A stretch of DNA of 30,491 nucleotides from positions 1 to 30,491 of the IMG/VR virus record IMGVR_UViG_3300020234_000047. One strand, given 5' to 3'. Shown here piece after piece: positions 24,718 through 30,491 of this stretch. The stretch comes from a virus (lineage: Duplodnaviria; Caudoviricetes). A program made the position numbers and the translations under genes. The notes under the pieces are model-generated. The model was not told where the DNA came from. It was given only the letters and a program-made list of their open reading frames with translations, and made no database searches. Within the stretch, counting starts at the first letter, position 1. Each line of letters starts with the position of its first letter.

Positions 24718-25711
24718 ATTTTTCTCCTCGCGACACGTACTCGGACTTCCGTACGAAGTCGGCGTCGAGACCGCGTACCTCGGCTTCGCAGAGTGGACGG
24801 AACTCGCACGTTACACAGTTGAATGGCGACATGCTGCGTGCGCACCGACCTTCGTCACGCTTGACCTGAATCTCAGCTGTCGTTTGCAGAAAGTCATTGA
24901 CCACCTCGATGATCATGTTGGTGTTGGGTGTCGGCAGGAACACACGCTCGAAAAACGTGTCCTCCTTGCCCTGAAGGAGCGACAGCATATCGCTATAGTC
25001 CTGCTCAACCAACCCATTTTTACGGATCGCGTTACGGTAGGTGTAAGGGTCACAGTCGAGGTTCTTCCGCTGGCTCAGAGCGCCGCTCTTGAGCACTTCG
25101 GGCTCAGTGGGTGCCTTGGCCTTGCCGTAGTCCCAGCAGACGCCATCGAGCGCCTTCTTCGGGTTCTGCATGCCGTACGCCCAGACGTAGAGTAAGAGCT
25201 GCAGCTCACTGAAGCGATCATCCGCAGTCGGGATGGACTTGACGAATTTGTGGTCCATCAGCCAGCGTCGCTTCTGTGGATCCCGTGCAATTTTGTCGAT
25301 GAAGCCGATGAATGTGACGTTGATGGCACCGGCACCCAGCGTGCTCAGGTCCAGCTCGATCTTCAGCTCTGTCTCTTCGTATTTCAGCGGGTCCTTACGG
25401 TACTTGCGCAGGTAGCCCTCGAAAATCTTACCGCAGTCGCCGATGATGTCACCGTGCATTTCCTTCTCTTCTTCGAAGTAGCTGCTGTACTCCTCGGCGT
25501 AAGTTTCGAGCACGTCCCATGGATCATTGCCTTCGTATTTCAGACCATGGATCTTGCGGTTGACGTACGCGTTGAGCATCTCGTGCAGGATCTCACCGCG
25601 AAGCAGACGGATGTGTTTGCGCTTGCGTTTCAGCCGCTGCTTGTATCTGTAATCCCACGCCTTCGGACAGCGGCGATAGGAGTTCACTTCTGTGAAACTA
25701 ATCGTCTCCAT
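24707..25711 (-). CDS. PD-(D/E)XK exonuclease (Cas4/AddB-like)
   Basis: ISFTEVNSYRRCPKAW, RGEILHEML, GFIDKI, MDHK, QLLLY and C-terminal C...CxxCEFRPLC; ATG at 25711 after GGGAG. Confidence 0.85.
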   Translation of the reverse strand: METISFTEVNSYRRCPKAWDYRYKQRLKRKRKHIRLLRGEILHEMLNAYVNRKIHGLKYEGNDPWDVLETYAEEYSSYFEEEKEMHGDIIGDCGKIFEGYLRKYRKDPLKYEETELKIELDLSTLGAGAINVTFIGFIDKIARDPQKRRWLMDHKFVKSIPTADDRFSELQLLLYVWAYGMQNPKKALDGVCWDYGKAKAPTEPEVLKSGALSQRKNLDCDPYTYRNAIRKNGLVEQDYSDMLSLLQGKEDTFFERVFLPTPNTNMIIEVVNDFLQTTAEIQVKRDEGRCARSMSPFNCVTCEFRPLCEAEVRGLDADFVRKSEYVSRGEKYGS

Positions 25712-25868
25712 CGATTGGCTCCCTTTCACCAGACTGGTCGCTGAGGAATATCTGCGGCTTCAGGTGTTTTGCGATCAGCATCAGCGCAGCGCACTGAATT
25801 TGTTGTTCGGAATAGCCCCTGTTCATCAGGTCTTTTTGTTCTGATAGTGAATCTTCAAGCAGACTCAT
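25698..25868 (-). CDS. Hypothetical protein (56 aa; not in the ORF track)
   Basis: Manual translation MSLLEDSLSEQKDLMNRGYSEQQIQCAALMLIAKHLKPQIFLSDQSGEREPIDGDD*; GGAGG RBS; fills the gap, overlapping each neighbour by 14 nt. Confidence 0.6.
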   Translation of the reverse strand: MSLLEDSLSEQKDLMNRGYSEQQIQCAALMLIAKHLKPQIFLSDQSGEREPIDGDD

Positions 25869-26046
25869 TTCGCTCCTCCAGTATTTCCATTTGGTTGGCT
25901 GTATCAGCTGCAGCTTGCACTACCACCTCGACTGCAAGGCAGAGTTCACGCGCAATGCTGTCTTCTTGTAACTCCTCCATCCTGTCGATCAAGTTGTCAG
26001 CAAAGCGACGTAAAATTACGCTAGGATTTTCTTCAAGCTGCGACAT
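25855..26046 (-). CDS. Hypothetical protein (63 aa, acidic helical)
   Basis: RBS AAGGAG; overlaps the polymerase 3' end. Confidence 0.65.
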   Translation of the reverse strand: MSQLEENPSVILRRFADNLIDRMEELQEDSIARELCLAVEVVVQAAADTANQMEILEERNESA

Positions 26047-28531
26047 CGTACTTCACTCCTTTACCCCACGGACCAAGCTCAGCTTCGCCTTCCATCGGTA
26101 CGCTGAGATTAATTTTAAATGTTTCGAGAAGCTTGGGCTTGGCAGCGATGTCCAGCATCGCAGGTACGCATTCGTCGATTGCATCGTTGCGCACGATGGT
26201 CAACACGGCATCATGGTGCTCACCCACAACTCTGCACTTCGAGCGTGAGAAGGTCTCGCTGATCTCGATGAGCACCATGGCTTTCCAGTCGCCAATAAGA
26301 CCTTGTACAGGACTATTCACTGCCTGACGTTCGTTCTCCATGCGGACGTATTTGTCTCTGGCCTGAATGCCGGGAAGTCGTCTCTTACGACCCGTCAGGC
26401 AGCGAATAAACCCATCGGTCTTTGCCAGTCGCTTCGTGCGCGTGTGCCATCCTGCCAGTCGAGAGTAGAGACGAAAATACGCTTTGCGCGCATTCTTTGC
26501 CTCGGTCATCGTCGGCGTCCAGCCGTAGTCGAGTGTTGCCTGCTGAATAAATTTCTTCGGGTACATGCCGAAGATGAAACCGAAATTAATTGCCTTCGCA
26601 CGCGTTCGGCCTTCGTACCATTTCGGATCGACTGCGATGCATTTTTTCGGTCCTGCCTCCATCATAACTTCGAGCGACTTACTATAAGAGTGTGCTCTGC
26701 CGGTGAGCTTCTCTGCAGTCGCAAACACGCGCTCAGTCCATTCGCTTTCCTGACTGATGCCTAAGTTTTCGATCATCGTGCGCCAGTGAATGTCGATCCC
26801 CTCCACAAAACATCGACGCATCTCTGGATCTTTGGACAGGTGTGCGGCAATACGCATCTCTGCCGTTGCAAGATCCAACGCACAAAATGTCCACCCCTTG
26901 GGCGCAGTGATGAGGTTGCGAATTTGCCCGTCACGTGGGATCGGATGCAGCGGTGAACTGTAACGTCCAGTGACCGTGCCATGCAATTTGTAGTCGAAAT
27001 AATATTTGTCTTCGACACGATATTTCTGCCACCCCTTAATGTACGTGTTAAACATCTTAGATGCGCCGCGATAGGCGAGCAGCTTCTTGACGACGGGTTT
27101 TTTTGCGATGCTGAGCAATGCTTCCTCGGATGTGCTGTTCGCGCCTTTCTTCGTAAAAATTTTGCACTGATATCCCAGATCCTCGTATAGGAGTTTTCCG
27201 ATCTGCGCTGGGCTGTTCCAATTCACCCCACCCTCTGTCATGTCGTTCAGCTCTTCACGACGCGTGATCATTTGGGACAGCAGGTCGAGCCCGACTTCTT
27301 TGCGGCCTTCCTCGTTGATGGTCAGGCCTTGCATTTCCGCTTGTTCCATTGCACGCGCACCGGGCATCGTGATCTTCCAGAAGACACGGTGCAGCTCCGG
27401 CTCAGCGCGCAGCATCTTCATGAACAATTTCGCAAGGCGGAATGTGTACGTCGCGTCTTGCGCACAGTATTTGTAGTTGCGCACGGGCTTCTCGGACTTG
27501 CCCTGCTTCTCTGCCAGCGAGATGTCATACTCGGGCTCATCGAGGTAGGTGCGGCACAGGCTGGTCAGATCGTGCGCGAGATTTTCGTCCAACATATGGT
27601 GTGCGAGCATGACGTCAAAACTGAGTCTAAATGACCCACCGAACATGCATCGCATCCACTTATTGTCGAACTTACCGTTCTGGGCGTAAGCTTTTTTTCG
27701 ATCACGATGAGCAAGAAAAAAAAGCAGCTGCATCAGTTTCCGAAGAGCATCACCGTGCGCAAACGGGGAATGCGAAAATCGCTGGTACTCTGGATGCATC
27801 CTCCCCGGAATCACCCACGTCCTATGTTCGAGGGCTATAGCAACTGCAGTGATGTACCCATCTTTTGCGAATGGGAAGAGCCCAGACGTCTCCGTGTCGA
27901 ATGCGAATTCGGATGCCTCCTCAAACTCTCTTATAAAGGTGTCGAGGTTTCCTTTCCGGACGACCGTCCACTCGACTGTATCATCGCGCAAGCCGCCCTC
28001 TACGAGGCGAGCAATCCGAGCAATGTCATCCTGCAAACCGGGGAGCTTCGACGGATCGCGAAGCGTATACGCCGGATGGACGATGGGCATGCCGATGTAA
28101 CTGACTTTGGGATTCTCTATGATTTCTCCGTGGAACTTGTTGATCTGCGCCTTGCCACGGAAAAGCGTCTTGGTCGCGGGAACTCCAGCGGTGATGACAA
28201 AAGCAGGAGCTAGCTGCGCAATTTCTTCGTCGAGATAGTGACGGCAGGCTTTGATTTCTGCTGCGGTCGGTGTTCGGTTATTCGGTGGACGGCATTTGAC
28301 GAGATTGGTGATGTAGGTGTGGTCGAGGAGGCCGACCTTATACAGCTCGTTGCGCAGAATTTTACCGGACTCTCCGATGAATGGCACGCCACGTTTGTCT
28401 TCGTTCGCTCCGGGAGCTTCCCCGATCACCATGACTTTGACGTTTTTTCGAGGCCTATCGCCAGCCATGCAGACTGTCTTCGCGTTAGCGTGTAATCCGC
28501 ATTCGGTACAATTTGGGTTCAGACTCGGCAT
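26033..28531 (-). CDS. polA: DNA polymerase family A with N-terminal family-4 uracil-DNA-glycosylase-like domain and 3'-5' exonuclease
   Basis: UDG: CxxC, GEAPG, TNLVKCRPP, HPAY. Exo I/II/III: FDTETSGL, QNGKFD, YCAQD. Pol: TVTGRYSS, DLATAEMR, RAKAINFG, AVNSPVQG, HHDA. Confidence 0.95.
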   Translation of the reverse strand: MPSLNPNCTECGLHANAKTVCMAGDRPRKNVKVMVIGEAPGANEDKRGVPFIGESGKILRNELYKVGLLDHTYITNLVKCRPPNNRTPTAAEIKACRHYLDEEIAQLAPAFVITAGVPATKTLFRGKAQINKFHGEIIENPKVSYIGMPIVHPAYTLRDPSKLPGLQDDIARIARLVEGGLRDDTVEWTVVRKGNLDTFIREFEEASEFAFDTETSGLFPFAKDGYITAVAIALEHRTWVIPGRMHPEYQRFSHSPFAHGDALRKLMQLLFFLAHRDRKKAYAQNGKFDNKWMRCMFGGSFRLSFDVMLAHHMLDENLAHDLTSLCRTYLDEPEYDISLAEKQGKSEKPVRNYKYCAQDATYTFRLAKLFMKMLRAEPELHRVFWKITMPGARAMEQAEMQGLTINEEGRKEVGLDLLSQMITRREELNDMTEGGVNWNSPAQIGKLLYEDLGYQCKIFTKKGANSTSEEALLSIAKKPVVKKLLAYRGASKMFNTYIKGWQKYRVEDKYYFDYKLHGTVTGRYSSPLHPIPRDGQIRNLITAPKGWTFCALDLATAEMRIAAHLSKDPEMRRCFVEGIDIHWRTMIENLGISQESEWTERVFATAEKLTGRAHSYSKSLEVMMEAGPKKCIAVDPKWYEGRTRAKAINFGFIFGMYPKKFIQQATLDYGWTPTMTEAKNARKAYFRLYSRLAGWHTRTKRLAKTDGFIRCLTGRKRRLPGIQARDKYVRMENERQAVNSPVQGLIGDWKAMVLIEISETFSRSKCRVVGEHHDAVLTIVRNDAIDECVPAMLDIAAKPKLLETFKINLSVPMEGEAELGPWGKGVKYDVAA

Positions 28532-28616
28532 GAGTCTGCAGAAATCAGGACCATTTCCAGTGCTCCGGTTGTTCTGCTAAGGTGGTCGGCCCGCAGACAA
28601 TAAACACTCATCAGAT

Positions 28617-28657
28617 GAAAAAGAGAAGAGGGCTAATCCCAACAGAGAGCAGCCCTC
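28617..28657 (-). terminator. Possible hairpin / weak intrinsic terminator in the divergent intergenic region
   Basis: Minus strand GAGGGCT-N16-AGCCCTC followed by TTCTCTTTTT; the long loop makes it uncertain. Confidence 0.3.
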
Positions 28658-28693
28658 CCTCCAATTCTCACATCGACAACAAGCAGAGGCGAG

Positions 28694-30491
28694 ATGGCAC
28701 AGGATAAAGCAGGTTGGGACGCGACGCAAACCGCTCTCTATTGGCTAGAGAAAGATGTCTACACAGTTCCGCTGCAGAGGAGGTCCAAAAGGCCGAAAGC
28801 CAAGAACTGGCCTCACATCAGGCTTGTCGAGGAAGATCTCAAAAACGGCGCATTCAAGCCCGGTGACAATATCGGCGCGCTTTGGGGCGAACCCTCTGCG
28901 CACGCTACCGACGTCGATCTGGACATGGACGAAGCCATCTGGATAGCCGAACAGTTGCTCCCAGAGACGTTCATCTACGGACGCACAGACAAGGAATTCT
29001 CACACTATATTTATCGCGTCGCGGGTGCGAAGACTAAAAAATGGCAGGTGGCCGAACTGGGCACCATCGTCGAAATTCGCTCCACAGGATCCCAATCAGT
29101 CATCCCACCGTCACGTCATCCTGAAGGCGGCTTCTATTCCACCGACAGCGACAGCGATGCCGAGTTTGTCTCCCTAACCAAGCTGGACCTCGAACGATAC
29201 TGCGATGAAATTGCCGTCGCTGCCGTTTTTCTTCACTACTACCCTGAAGCTGGATCCCGGCACGACTTTGTCCATGCGTGCACGGGCGCACTGTGTCACC
29301 AGCGGTGGCCTGCTAAAAAAGTGAAGCGCGTGATGGGCGCAATACTCACCGTCATCCAAGAGGAAGAAGACGAGATAGATGACCGGATGAATGCGGTGGT
29401 CAACACTCTCGAAAAGCACGAGGCTGGTGATCGCACAAAAGGATTCACGACGCTGCAGGATTGGATGTCGATGCCAGTCATCTCTGCATTGCGCAGGTGG
29501 ACGCAAAGCGGAATGCATGAAGGGCAGATTGTCACGCGGCCAATTATCGAGGATGCGCCGACAGAAGAGAGCAATAAAAAGATAACGTTCGATGAGCAGC
29601 TGCTCGAAGTACCCGGACTGGTCGGCGAATGCGCAAAATGGGCACGTGGAGCACAGTACCTTGACCAACCTATTTTCGCTCTCGCTTCCGGCATCATGTG
29701 CACTGCATTAGCGAGCTGCAATCACTATCTGGTGCAACACTGGGACACTCCATTGCAGCCATATTTATTGGTGACCGCAGGCACAGGTGGGGGAAAAGAT
29801 TCTGCGCTCGCTTCAGTCACAGAGTTCACTCACCAAATAGGTCTCGATGATGTCGCCTTTCGTGGCTTTCAATCTTATTATGCGATGCTCGATATTTTAG
29901 GTGACGAAGGGATGGCATGTTGGCTATGGGATGAAGCTGCACGCTACATGGCAAACGTAAGGAATAGTAGCGGACAAGATTTTGCGATTCTCACGCACGT
30001 CATCTCACTCTACGGTGCAGCAAACAAATTCGTTCCCGGCACGCCCGGTCGCCGACAATCAATTCCCGCTCTCGATCATCCTTTCCTCACTCTCCTCGCG
30101 ACAGCGCAACCCGACGCACTCATGGAAGCCATCACAGGCACTGCACGTGAAACAGGCTTCATCAATCGATTTATTCTCATGGATACTGGTGACTACTTCC
30201 CAGCACGCAACACACGACGCAAAAAAATATTTCCATCAGCGCTCAAAAAACATGCACGCGATCTTATTGCACACGAGCCTCATGATCGGTTTACCGAGAT
30301 CGTGTTTGAAGACATGGACACCTACACTAGATTCGATGAGTTCGAAGAGTCATCGCGTCGTCGATCACGTAAAGATGAAACGTGGGGACGTGCAAATCAA
30401 AACGCACTAATTCTTGCAGGCACCGCAGCAGTCGGCGTCGATGCTAACCGTCCTGTCATTACATCTGACATCGCAACGTGGGCAATCAAAT
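28694..30491 (+). CDS. Bifunctional primase-polymerase (Prim-Pol) fused to a DUF3987-like P-loop helicase (3' truncated)
   Basis: Manual translation from ATG 28694 (GAGG upstream) stays open towards the window end: VPLQRRSKRP, NIGALWG, DVDLD, SHYIY, VIPPSRHPEGGFY; Walker A AGTGGGKD, Walker B WLWDEA, GFINRF. Confidence 0.9.
   Translation, partial: MAQDKAGWDATQTALYWLEKDVYTVPLQRRSKRPKAKNWPHIRLVEEDLKNGAFKPGDNIGALWGEPSAHATDVDLDMDEAIWIAEQLLPETFIYGRTDKEFSHYIYRVAGAKTKKWQVAELGTIVEIRSTGSQSVIPPSRHPEGGFYSTDSDSDAEFVSLTKLDLERYCDEIAVAAVFLHYYPEAGSRHDFVHACTGALCHQRWPAKKVKRVMGAILTVIQEEEDEIDDRMNAVVNTLEKHEAGDRTKGFTTLQDWMSMPVISALRRWTQSGMHEGQIVTRPIIEDAPTEESNKKITFDEQLLEVPGLVGECAKWARGAQYLDQPIFALASGIMCTALASCNHYLVQHWDTPLQPYLLVTAGTGGGKDSALASVTEFTHQIGLDDVAFRGFQSYYAMLDILGDEGMACWLWDEAARYMANVRNSSGQDFAILTHVISLYGAANKFVPGTPGRRQSIPALDHPFLTLLATAQPDALMEAITGTARETGFINRFILMDTGDYFPARNTRRKKIFPSALKKHARDLIAHEPHDRFTEIVFEDMDTYTRFDEFEESSRRRSRKDETWGRANQNALILAGTAAVGVDANRPVITSDIATWAIK

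Noticed and set aside
24428-25195. 255-aa plus-strand ORF
   Set aside because: Antisense to the Sak4-like and exonuclease genes; composition reflects their reverse complement.
24707-25711. Cas4-like nuclease as evidence of a CRISPR system
   Set aside because: No repeat-spacer array or other cas genes; the exonuclease-Sak4-SSB context indicates ordinary phage recombination.
27707-28213. 168-aa plus-strand ORF inside the polymerase gene
   Set aside because: Antisense shadow of a clearly conserved gene; no independent support.
28755-30410. Short track ORFs at 28755, 29174, 29296, 29391 and 29982
   Set aside because: All lie within the long primase-helicase frame starting at 28694, which the track omitted because it has no stop inside the window.
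1-30491. Alternative genetic code, tRNAs, integrase, introns/inteins, diversity-generating retroelement
   Set aside because: Genes tile densely under the standard code using all three stops; no tRNA-like, integrase, reverse transcriptase or intein signatures were seen, and the fibre repeats are too short and diverged to be a TR/VR pair.

Overview
This window is part of a tailed dsDNA bacteriophage genome, most likely of podovirus morphology: it has an adaptor, a nozzle-like protein and several ejection/internal proteins, and no tape measure is visible. The host is probably diderm, because a lipoprotein sits in the lysis cassette. There are three blocks. (1) 1-18946, + strand, late operon: tail fibre (5' truncated), lysis cassette, head-tail adaptor, second tail fibre, nozzle-like protein, four ejection/internal virion proteins, a terminase small subunit and a 551-aa RGG/Pro-Gly-Met low-complexity protein. 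(2) 18795-28531, - strand, replication/nucleotide block: family A DNA polymerase fused to a family-4 UDG-like domain, PD-(D/E)XK exonuclease, Sak4/AAA_24 ATPase, DUF669-like SSB with a Tudor/SH3-like tail, SNF2 helicase, resolvase-like nuclease, MazG-like protein, HAD phosphatase and small ORFs. (3) 28694 to the end, + strand: Prim-Pol primase fused to a P-loop helicase, running off the window and absent from the supplied ORF track. The most notable observations are a recurrent [Y/F/A]xxGG tag shared by four putative internal proteins, the large RGG/PPRGM disordered protein, Lys/Arg-rich tails on many replication proteins alongside an acidic Tudor-like domain, a PolA with substitutions in several core motifs, an atypical lysis cassette, and a conserved junction motif shared between the tail fibres. 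All family assignments come from motif recognition by eye; no database search was run.
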